Origin: Octopus sinensis
Lineage: Eukaryota
Assembly (NCBI RefSeq): GCF_006345805.1
Contig: NC_043005.1
Location: 95,914,001 to 95,978,000, forward strand
DNA length: 64,000 bases
Direction of reading: 5' to 3'
Positions 1 through 10,195 of this stretch are shown here, one piece after another. The notes below the pieces were generated by a model. It saw only the letters and a list, made by a program, of their open reading frames with translations. It had not been told where the DNA came from and ran no database searches. Position 1 is the first letter of the stretch. The number at the start of each line of letters is the position of its first letter. A program made the translations under genes and the position numbers.

Positions 1-167
1 ATATATAAGAAAATAAAGGAACAGATTCATTTCAATCATCGACTTACAGATATTACCAATTCATATTATTTATTAACTACATAAATAGGAACATCCAAAT
101 CCAACAAAATAAAACAATATACATCAATAAGTAAAATAATACCATAAAAATAATACACATAAAATGG

Positions 168-295
168 ATCTTACAGCTGTTTCAGCCTGTAGATAACGGT
201 ATCTCATTCTGCCTATATTAGTCCGATGTATTGAGGTAATATGCAGTTAAAATTGAATTACTTATATATATATACCTCAAGGCCTCGTCAGAGAT
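168..295 (-). ncRNA. Mirror copy of the type I hammerhead motif
   Basis: Reverse complement reads ATCT-CTGACGA-GGCCT...AGGCT-GAAACAGCTGTA-AGAT with all core positions intact. Confidence 0.75.
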
Positions 296-680
296 TATAA
301 AGTACAATTATAAAAATATAAAATGCAAATATAAATATGAAACAAAATACACATACACAAGAATATATATATATATGCACCTTGCATCTTTCATAGACAT
401 CTGTCTATATATTATGTTATACTATATTATATATGTGATATATAATATATTATATTATACTATATTATACTATATTTTATGTGGTATTTTCCATCTACTA
501 TGTATTGTGAATAGCAGAATGCACACAATCTAATATTGGTATTATTAATAATAATAATAATATTAATAGTTTTGGTAATGTAATGAACTTTGTACTTTGT
601 ATATGTACCCATTGATGTGGATGTATATGTATACTCCAGTATATATATTTGATTATCTGTAACCTTATGTGTATGTATAT

Positions 681-735
<55 letters not shown>

Positions 736-852
736 TAATAAAGTACAATTATAAAAATATAAAATGCAAATATATATATATATATTATTCTTGTGTATGT
801 GTATTTTGTTTCATATTTATATTGCATTTTATATTTTTATAATTGTACTTTA

Positions 853-980
853 ATCTCTGACGAGGCCTTGAGATATATATATATAAGTAACTCAATTTTA
901 ACTGCATATTACCTCAATACATCTGACTAATATAGGCAGAATGAGATACCTTTATCTGCAGGCTGAAACAGCTGTAAGAT
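853..980 (+). ncRNA. Type I hammerhead ribozyme motif with enlarged stem II
   Basis: ATCT-CTGACGA-GGCCT...AGGCT-GAAA-C-AGCT-GTA-AGAT: stem I ATCT/AGAT, core CUGANGA, stem II base GGCCU/AGGCU, GAAA, palindromic stem III ACAGCUGU, GUA triplet (predicted cut after 976). Confidence 0.75.
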
Positions 981-1323
981 CCATTTTATATGTATTATTT
1001 TTATGGTATTATCTTACTTATTGATGTATATTGTTTTATTTTGTTGGATTTGGATGTTCCTATTTATGTAGTTAATAAATAATATGAATTGGTAATATCT
1101 GAAAGTCGATGATTGAAATGAATCTGTTCCTTCATTTTCTTATTTGTATTATGAATTTGAGGTAAAATATTTTACCTTCCCCCATTTAATACAATAAATG
1201 AATTAATTGCATTGCAATTATAAGCATTTATGTATTTGCCTTTTGGTTGCTTCACCATCAGTATATTGGGTAACTGATATCCCATAGTGGGTTACACTCA
1301 TAACCCCTATCTCACTTTGTGCT

Positions 1324-1380
1324 ATAATATATATATATATATATAATATATATATATATATAATATATATATATATATAC

Positions 1381-1450
<70 letters not shown>

Positions 1451-1455
1451 CGTAC

Positions 1456-1508
<53 letters not shown>

Positions 1509-1537
1509 GTACATATATATATATATATATATATTAT

Positions 1538-1570
<33 letters not shown>

Positions 1571-1571
1571 C

Positions 1572-1655
<84 letters not shown>

Positions 1656-1673
1656 CATATATATATATATACG

Positions 1674-1752
<79 letters not shown>

Positions 1753-1760
1753 ATATATAT
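1324..1760. repeat. (AT)n microsatellite with periodic CGTAC interruptions
   Basis: Direct reading; ACGTAC at about 1379, 1450, 1506, 1570 and 1670. Confidence 0.95.
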
Positions 1761-2443
1761 GTGTGTGTGTGTGTATATATATATATATTTGTAAAAAATG
1801 AAGTTCGAAAATATATATATATATAGATAGATATATTATATATATATATAGATAGATATATATACACCTATGTTCATATATAGTGTATATGTGTATATAT
1901 CTCTCTATATACCTATATATATATCTATGTGTGTGTGTGTGTGAAATATTTCATTGCTACCTTCATAAAGAAAATGCATTTTAGCAACATGGTCATCCCC
2001 ATTTACAGACAAGGGGATGACAGATACGTTCATATGCACAGCTGACATCATTCCATGAGAGGCAACTCTTCCTGCCCTCCTGAAAAATGTTATAATTTTC
2101 CATTACATTTTTGCTCCAGAATTTTTCCATCACCAAGTCAACCAGAATTATATATATATATATATATATGTTTATATGTTTATATATGTTTATATGTTTA
2201 TATGTTTTGTGTTTTTTGTATCATCTTCTGGATGTTTTGTGTTCTTGTCCCATTTTGTATTTATATATATATACACACACATATATGTATACTTCCAACA
2301 AGAAAGAGGTTATATGCTACTAGCCAGTATGTCTGAAAAAATCAGTGAGAAACCATCATTAACAATCTGACTAGTTATATACCATAACCAGTAATACACT
2401 GGTTATACCATACACATACACACACACACACATATATATTTAT

Positions 2444-2474
<31 letters not shown>

Positions 2475-2749
2475 ACACATTCACATATACATTATGAATA
2501 TATATTTACTTGGATGAATTTATATAAATAAGATGGTAGCCATCTCCATGATGATAGAATTCTATCAAAATCTTTTCAAACAAATAATGTTAGTAATACC
2601 AGTTACCTGTCTCTGAGGATTTGACATTAATCTTGATTATGTCATTTGCATTATGTTACCAATAATCATATTTTGTCAATGAAATGTAAGATGGTATAAC
2701 TAAACATCATATAAACAATTTATCATGTTTTGTTTTCTATATTGTTTGA

Positions 2750-3213
2750 CAGAGCAGCCAACTGGCTTCCATGCCAGTGGCACATAAAAGGGCACCATTC
2801 GAGTGTGATCGTTACCAGCGTTGCCTTACTGGCACTTGTGCCCATGCTAGTAGGGTGCCAAGAGCACCATCCAAGCGTGATCAATGCCAGAGCAGCCAAC
2901 TGGCTTCCATGCCGGTGGCACGTAAAAGCGCACCATTCGAGCGTGATCGTTACCAACGTCATCTTACTGGCACCTGTGCCGGTGGCATGTGTAAAAAGAT
3001 TTGAGTGAGGTCATTGCCAGTATCGCCGGCACGTAAAAAGCACCCACTACACTCTCGGAGTGGTTGGCATTAGGAAAGGCATCTAGCGGTAGAAACTCTG
3101 CCAGATCAAGATTGGAGCCTGGTGCAGCCATCTGGTTCGCCAGTCCTCAGTCAAAATCGTCAACCCATGCTAGCATGGAAAGCGGATGTTAAACGATGAT
3201 GATGATGATGATA
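2750..3213 (+). mobile_element. RTE 3'-end-type copy (truncated LINE or tail-sharing SINE) with tandem ~137-bp internal duplication and (GAT)n tail
   Basis: Ends CACCCACTACACTCTCGGAGTGGTTGGC...CCCATGCTAGCATGGAAAGCGGATGTTAAACGATGAT, matching the 3' end of the RTE at 12230-12420; AGAGCAGCCAACTGGCTTCC appears twice. Confidence 0.8.
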
Positions 3214-3347
3214 TTGATATTAATTCATCTATATATGTATATGTAGATATATATACATGAACACATATAAACACACCCATATATATTCAAATATATACAC
3301 ACACACACACACACCCACACCAGATAAAGATTATATATTATATATAC

Positions 3348-3388
<41 letters not shown>

Positions 3389-3490
3389 CAAACAGATATT
3401 TACATATACTCACACATATATATAGATAGATATACACACACAAATACTCAGATATGAACATGTGTGTGTATGCATTGCTATACATCTATA

Positions 3491-3584
<94 letters not shown>

Positions 3585-3913
3585 GGAAGAGGAAAACAAA
3601 CCCAACAAAGGACAAGCTTATCAGATCATTTAAAATATATATATATATATACAGAGAGAGAGACAGACAGAGACAGAGAGTAAGTTCACTGTGTAAGTAC
3701 TGTAATTGGTAATCTGTTAGGATCCAAGTTTAGAATGGAGACTGGAGCCAGGGATCCAACGTAGGCTTCCAAGTCAGAGGGTATAAATTAAAGGAAGAGG
3801 AAAACAAACCAAGGCGGGACAAACTTTTCAAATCATTAAAGTAAGGAAAAGTCAAAAAACATTATTTACTTTTTACTTTTCCTTACTTTGATTCACCTTC
3901 CATTAATTAAAAT

Positions 3914-3963
<50 letters not shown>

Positions 3964-3971
<8 letters not shown>

Positions 3972-4183
3972 ATATTTCGGAATGGTCATATTGCCAGTTT
4001 AGCCATAAAAACACACGCACTATATATTTGGTGTTATTTATTTTTTACTTTAATCTTAATCTTAATAAGATTAAGATTAATGTAAAAAATAAATAACACT
4101 GAAGCAAAATAACACCAAATATATAGTGCGTGTGTTTTTATTGGCTAAACTTGCAATATGACCATTCCAAAATATAACAATAT
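3964..4183. repeat. Fold-back palindrome (loop 4064-4066); right arm extends into an ATG-initiated ORF start at 4158
   Basis: TATTGTTATATTTCGGAATGGTCATATTGCCAGTTTAGCC... is mirrored at 4107-4183. Confidence 0.9.
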
Positions 4184-4235
4184 CTGTTTCAACACACAAC
4201 TTCACATAAAAAATCTTGCACAACAAATATTCAAC

Positions 4236-4283
<48 letters not shown>

Positions 4284-4374
4284 ATGAATATGATGAATTT
4301 TGATTGGAAATTATTTTTTTTCCCTTTTTGGATCCTTCAAAAAGCTTGAATTGTTCTTTATGAACTTATGTTAC

Positions 4375-4407
<33 letters not shown>

Positions 4408-4470
4408 CATATACATATAAGCACACACACACATCTGCTTCTCTCTCTCTCTTTAGATTATATATATATA

Positions 4471-5750
4471 TCAGGTCATACAAGTTCTGTCCGAATTTTG
4501 AATAAAGAAAACAAGAGATCAAATGTTATATTTAATTGAAATTTAGTCATCAATGTACTTTTCCTGATTATCTATGACTTCCTTTCATCTATTTACAAGC
4601 TTTTTAATCCCACCAATGTAAAACACTTTTGGTTTGAAAGTGAAGAGCTCTGAAATGTTAGTTTCAACCTCCTCCTGGCTTGCAAAAGTTGTGTTCCCCA
4701 AATGATTCTGTAAACTACGAAACAAATAGTAGTCTGAAGGAAGAAGGTTGGGTGAATAAGGTGGAAGAATTTTTTCCCAACCAAGATCTTCGATCTTCTG
4801 TGATGTGATCTTTGCAGTGTGGGGTCGCACATTGTCCTGATGAAACATCACTCCTTTTCGATTCACTAAAGCTGGTCTTATTTTCTTCAAAGCTTGGTTC
4901 AAATGCTCTAGTTGCTGACAGTAGACTTGAGCATTGATTGTTGCATTAGGTGGTAACAATTCAATGTGAATTATTCCTTTACAATCCCACCAGGTAGAGA
5001 GGAACTTTTTTTCCATGAAGTTCCATTCTCAGTTGTGGATGAGCTTTTTCCCTTTTACCAAGCCACTGTTTACAACGTTTAACATTTCGATAGAAGATCC
5101 ATTTTTCATCACCAGTCACAAATCTATCCAAAAAGGGTGAAATGAGTTCGCAAGGATGGAGAGAAAGCAGATGTCAACTCGGGATTTGCAGCTGCTTTCG
5201 GACAATTCATGAGGCACCCATTTTCCAAGTTTAGGAACCTTCCCAAGTTGTTGAAGATGACGATGAACAGTTGTATGGTTTGAGCTAAGCTTTATTGCCA
5301 ATTCTTCAACTGATAATGCAGGATTTTCTTCGCGTAATGCCTCAACGAGCTTATCATCAAACTCATCTGGACGTCCTTTTCGATCTTCATCTTCAAGGCT
5401 GAAATCTCCACTTCTGAATTTTGCAAACGAACTTCTGCAAGTTCTTTCATTCAAGCATTCTTTCTCATAACCTGAGTGTATGTTTCGAGTCACTTCGACT
5501 GCAGAGTTTCCTTTTTTTGTACTTATAAAGCGTTATGTGCCTTCAATGCTCTTTGGATACTTCCATGTTAGAAAGGGTTTTAATCAAAGAAATTTTAATT
5601 CTATTATTCTGTAAAATAATATTTAATCAGTTTAAATGTACACAAATGCATAAAAATAATTTTAAATGCCATTAGACATTCTAAAATACCATTAAATTTC
5701 ATTCAATTTTAAAAAAGGTAAAATCGGACAAAACTTATAGGATGACCTGA
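4471..5750 (-). mobile_element. Full-length degenerate mariner transposon (1280 bp)
   Basis: TIRs TCAGGTCATACAAGTTCTGTCCGA / TCGGACAAAACTTATAGGATGACCTGA flanked by TA; transposase fragments with WVPHEL, HQDNVRPH and PPYSPNLLPSDYYLF; frameshifts and stops. Confidence 0.93.
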
Positions 5751-5936
5751 TATATATATATATATATATCTTTACAAACAGAAAACATCACAGTTACTCT
5801 GTGTTAGATTTTTGTGTACAACACATTTCAAATGTGAAACATTTAATTAGAATGAAAGCATAATTTCAATTGACAAAACATAAATGGGTGTATGTGTGTG
5901 TGTGCGCATGTGTGTGTGCGTAATTTAAATAACAGT

Positions 5937-7061
5937 TCAGTGCCATGCGAATATCTCTCCAGTTTTGAAAATGAATGTGTTTTTTTTATTTTTTCTCATA
6001 ATTGCAGCATTTTCGCCAAAATAACTTCGGCTTACCAACAATGTATCACATTTAGTTAGAATATATTGGTCCATAATGACCTTCATTACATTATCACACA
6101 CATTTTTCTTCCCATAATATGGTTTATCCACATGAATTATTTCCCCAGAATTGTACACAAATTGGGAAGCAAATTTTTCTGAAGCTATTGCCCGTACCTC
6201 CTCTGAGTCTGTTGTCACAAATATTTTGTACTTGCTGGTGTTGTTGTACCTACTCAAGAAGTTCCACACACTCTGCAAGTCTGACATTGTATTCCTTGGC
6301 TCATCACCCGGCATGCTAGGGTTACGTCCAATTCGAATCTGAGCACACACTAGCTGTATATATGGTCTGGGGATGTTAACTGTAAAGAAATTTTGTAGAT
6401 GTATTTGAAGGACATTGTTGAAGCGAAACAATAAATTCATCACTTTCGCAAATACACTTTCACTTGACATTTGCAATGCCCAAAGTAGCTGTTCTTTGTA
6501 ACGAACATTCACTTTCAAGGCATTCGAATAGTCATAGTTTGTCGTCACATAGACGACATCTTCAGGGTAAAGTGTTTCTAAGTCTGCCCATTGTAGAAGG
6601 GGAATGTATTCTTTGTTGCCAATCAAATAGAGGTAACGACTTTCCAAGCTATGCAGCTCGTTTGCATCCACCTCCCAGTTCACCTTGTTTGGTCGAAGAA
6701 AGGCAGAAATCTCACAAGGTTTTGAAATCATGATGCCAAAACGACGACCCATGGCAAGCGCCATTAAATATACAGACACTATGCCTAGCTGCCGATCTCC
6801 CCATCCCCCACAGGTTTTCTCGCCAACACAATAATAAATAATGTATTTTGTTCGGTAATTATTTAAATGTACCAATTCCTGTTTATTTATGCTTAAATTT
6901 TCATTAACTTCATCACTAGGAAGTTCCTCAAAATGGTCCATGGAATTTTGTTTGAGCTGATTTGATGTTGTCACTGTACATTGCTTATCAACAATGAATT
7001 GGTGCCATGTACACAGCAGAAAGAGGAAGCTGACCACAGCAATGACACGGAAGTCTGGCAT
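5937..7061 (-). CDS. Putative Golgi type II membrane fucosyltransferase-like glycosyltransferase (GT-B fold), 374 aa, single coding exon
   Basis: Uninterrupted non-repeat ORF; N-terminal hydrophobic anchor (VIAVVSFLFLLCTW); CGGWGDRQLGIVS, QIRIG, FVTTDS and DQYILTKCDTLLVSRSYFG resemble the shared motifs of alpha1,2/alpha1,6/O-fucosyltransferases. Confidence 0.8.
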   Translation of the reverse strand: MPDFRVIAVVSFLFLLCTWHQFIVDKQCTVTTSNQLKQNSMDHFEELPSDEVNENLSINKQELVHLNNYRTKYIIYYCVGEKTCGGWGDRQLGIVSVYLMALAMGRRFGIMISKPCEISAFLRPNKVNWEVDANELHSLESRYLYLIGNKEYIPLLQWADLETLYPEDVVYVTTNYDYSNALKVNVRYKEQLLWALQMSSESVFAKVMNLLFRFNNVLQIHLQNFFTVNIPRPYIQLVCAQIRIGRNPSMPGDEPRNTMSDLQSVWNFLSRYNNTSKYKIFVTTDSEEVRAIASEKFASQFVYNSGEIIHVDKPYYGKKNVCDNVMKVIMDQYILTKCDTLLVSRSYFGENAAIMRKNKKNTFIFKTGEIFAWH

Positions 7062-7095
7062 CTAAAAATAAATAAAAGAAGAAAATAGAAATAAG
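7062..7095 (-). promoter_or_regulatory. 3' splice acceptor (polypyrimidine tract + AG) immediately before the ATG
   Basis: Minus strand reads CTTATTTCTATTTTCTTCTTTTATTTATTTTTAG|ATG. Confidence 0.7.
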
Positions 7096-7434
7096 CAAGT
7101 TCTATGTGACAATTTGGTAATACAATGTAGCAAAAAAAAAGTGTAGTTTTTATAGAATTGTCTGGAAGATATTTTGTTATTTTTATTATCATAGTATTTT
7201 ACCAATAATCTATTTAAATTAGTTGCTTGAGAACAGATTGTACAGTCATTTAAACTTTCTACAGAAATATATTTTAAGAATACATTTTTATGGAAACTTT
7301 TGAGAGAATTTTGTTTATCAGAAGAAATACACACTCACATGTATATTTATGTATTCGTGCATACACATATACATACATGAGTGTGTGGTTATATATATAT
7401 ATATACACATACAAGCAGGTCCCAGGAATTTTTC

Positions 7435-7570
7435 GAAAGGAGGGCACAAGGTCAGAAGAGAATACAATTCCAGGAGAAAAGGGAGTAATAACATTATTTA
7501 GATGGGCACACTTCTTTTCTTGAGGGGAGCATGTGCACTTCAGCTGCACCTCCCCCTCTCAGTCCACCCT
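7435..7570. repeat. Dispersed repeat shared with 28305-28465 and partly 16105-16180
   Basis: Shared GGTCAGAAG.GAATACAATTCCAGGAGAAAAGGGAGTAATAACATTATTTAGA. Confidence 0.6.
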
Positions 7571-7577
7571 TGATATA

Positions 7578-7625
<48 letters not shown>

Positions 7626-7627
<2 letters not shown>

Positions 7628-7928
7628 AGAGGAAAAATTATAAAACGGCAGAATGCTAAATTGAAGGTAAATTTTAATAAAAATGGGTGTATGGAAAATT
7701 TTAAAATAGTAACTCGACATGCATGTTTCTGGGTCTTGCCCGTCATCAGTCCAGGGCAGCAAGTCCTGCTAGTGACTAAGACTAGCAGGACTTGCTGCCC
7801 TGGACTGATGACGGGCAAGACCCAGAAACATGCATGTTGAGTTATTATTTTTTAATTTTCCATACACCCATTTTTATTAAAATTTACCTTCAATTTAGCA
7901 TTCTGCCTTTTCATAATTTTTCGTCTCT
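7626..7928. repeat. Near-perfect fold-back palindrome (148-bp arms, 7-nt loop 7774-7780) with hammerhead core in each arm
   Basis: Inner 57 bp pair perfectly, about 95% overall by eye; right arm has CTGATGA-C-GGG-CAAGA-CCC-A-GAAAC-ATGCAT-GTT (7805-7838), left arm the same with GTC. Confidence 0.9.
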
Positions 7929-7975
7929 TGTCATTTCTCCACGTGCGGTCAACACAACCCCACCATTTATTGATT

Positions 7976-9110
7976 GAAGGGGATTTTTCCTTGTGTAGCA
8001 TGTCCTGTACCTTGTTTTTCTGTTGTAAATAATGTTTTTCCCATTTTCGTTCTCGTCCTGTTCCACATCTCTGTCTTTCTGTTGTAACAAAATGGCTTTT
8101 CCGTTTTCGTTTCTGTTGAGTTTTACGTCTTTTTGTGGTGTCCTGTATGTATATATATTTATATATGCATGTATATATACATGTAGATGTCGGTACGTAC
8201 ATATATGTTTGTATGTATGCATATATTTTATTTATTACACTATTGTCTGACAGCGCTTCGCGTCGGGTTCTTTCGAATTTTCGAATTTTCGCTTCGTTCC
8301 ATCTCTTATCCTCCCAGTATTGTTTTATAATATAATTATGACGCGAAATTCTCTCCCTTTGCTTTACCTTCCCCTCTCTCTCTCTCCTTCTTCCTCTTCC
8401 TTCTCTCAGCCACGTGTCTTCCTCTATCTATCTCTCTCTCTCTCTCACTCTTCCTCATTTCGTCACTGATAATCCTTTTGCACATTGCTTTCAGGCCGTA
8501 AGGTCATGTTTCCCTGCGCTCGCCAGTACCTCTTCCGTCCCAGCCAGAACAAAGGCCTTTCGTTTGTTTTTTTCATTTGTTTTCTTGTTTATTTTGATTT
8601 CTCATATTGTATTTTATTTCTCGTTTTGTATTTTCTTGTACATGTATTTTTAATTTTGTATTTTTATCTTGTATTTTATTGTGCAGTTCTATTATTACAT
8701 CCTGTTTGTGTTACATTTTTTCGTGCTTGTTTTACCCCTCTGCGAGGTTATTTTATTTTAATTCTCTCGCAGGAAGGCCTAGTATTGACGAGTCGTGTCC
8801 TGTCTTGCCTTCGAAACACGCTACGTCTACTAGTGACAGCTGATGAAGGGGATTTTTCCTTGTGTAGCATGTCCTGTACCTTGTTTTTCTGTTGTAAATA
8901 ATGTTTTTCCCGTTTTCGTTCTCGTCCTGTTCCACGTCTCTGTCTTTCTGTTGTAACAAAATGGCTTTTCCGTTTTCGTTTCTGTTGAGTTTTACGTCTT
9001 TTTGTGGTGTCCTGTACGTATATATATTTATATATGCATGTATATATACATGTAGATGTCGGTACATACATATATGTTTGTATGTATGCATATATTTTAT
9101 TTATTACACT
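7976..9110. mobile_element. Partial-tandem element with ~260-bp direct repeats (7976-8232 and 8845-9101); Penelope-like/retrozyme-like
   Basis: Near-identical direct repeats 869 bp apart starting GAAGGGGATTTTTCCTTGTGTAGC; hammerhead-like motif just before the second repeat. Confidence 0.6.
8779..8833 (+). ncRNA. Hammerhead-like motif (U3 core variant, weak stem II)
   Basis: CTAGTA-TTGACGA-G...C-GAAAC-ACGCTAC-GTC-TACTAG: 6-bp stem I and GUC triplet; stem II poorly paired. Confidence 0.5.
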
Positions 9111-9124
9111 ATATATATATATAA

Positions 9125-10195
9125 GAATTCCGGGTAGAGGTTGGGGTCCACCAAGGTTCAGTCCTCAGTCCCCTCCTATTTATCATAGTCCTCCAGGCAA
9201 TAACGGAGGAATTCAAGACAGGATGCCCCTGGGAGCTCCTCTATGCTGATGACCTTGCTCTAATTGCTGAGTCACTATCAGAACTGGAGGAGAAGTTTCA
9301 GGTGTGGAAACAAGGATTAGAATCGAAGGGCCTTAGAATCAACCTAGCCAAAACCAAAGTCCTAATAAGTAGGAAGGTGGACCAATCACAAACGACTTCA
9401 GGTAGATGGCCCTGCTCGATCTGTAAAAAAGGTGTAGGTAGAAACTCTATAAGGTGCACCAAGTGTAAGCTATGGACACATAAGAGGTGCAGCAATGTCA
9501 AAGGAAGGCTACCTAAGAAAATAGTTTTTGTCTGTGGCAGATGCTCAGGAGCAATAAACACTGGAAATGTGCAGAGACCAACTTCTACCACGTTCCAGGG
9601 AGACAAACTAGAAGTAGTTGATAGCTTCCGCTACCTAGGAGACCAAGTCAGTAGCAGGGGTGGGTGTGCTGAAAGTGTAACTGCTAGAGTAAGAATAGCC
9701 TGGGCAAAGTTTAGAGAGCTCTTACCCCTGCTGGTGACAAAAGGCCTCTCGCTAAGAGTAAAAGGCAGACTATATGATGCGTGTGTACGTACAGCCATGC
9801 TACATGGTAGTGAAACATGGGCCGTGACTGCTGAGGATATGCGTAAGCTTGCAAGAAATGAAGCCAGTATGCTCCGATGGATGTGTAATGTCAGTGTTCA
9901 TAATCGTCAGAGTGTAAGTACTTTGAGAGAAAAGTTGAACCTAAGAAGTGTCAGTTGTGGTGTGCAAGAGAGACGGCTGCGCTGGTATGGTCATGTGACG
10001 AGAATGGCTGAAGATAGTTGTGTGCAAAAGTGCTACACCCTAGCAGTTGAGGGAACCTGTGGAAGAGGTAGACCCAGGAAAACCTGGGACGAGGTGGTGA
10101 AGCACGACCTTCGAACTTTAGGTCTCACCAAGGAAATGACTGAAGACCGAGTCCTATGGAAGTGTGCTGTGCATGAGAGGACCCGGCAGGACTAG
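9125..10195 (+). pseudogene. RTE reverse transcriptase C-terminal part with an internal C4HC3 (PHD-type) finger; no internal stops
   Basis: The ORF track segment 9302-10195 extends upstream in frame to 9125; CSIC-CTKC-HKRC-CGRC lies between YADD and FRYLG. Confidence 0.85.

Larger units (their letters stand above)
5..1143. repeat. Long inverted repeat (arms ~5-365 and ~786-1143, ~420-bp AT-rich spacer); Penelope-like terminal repeat pair
   Basis: Right arm is the reverse complement of the left arm with about 10 differences in ~360 bp by eye; each arm carries a hammerhead motif. Confidence 0.9.

Noticed and set aside
498-1678. ORFs rich in YIYI, and similar CVCV/THTH ORFs throughout the window
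   Set aside because: Translations of (AT)n and (CA)n microsatellites
8235-8350. Hammerhead using the GCGTC/GACGC-GAAA stem
   Set aside because: Upstream CTGACAG does not match the core and is not adjacent to the stem
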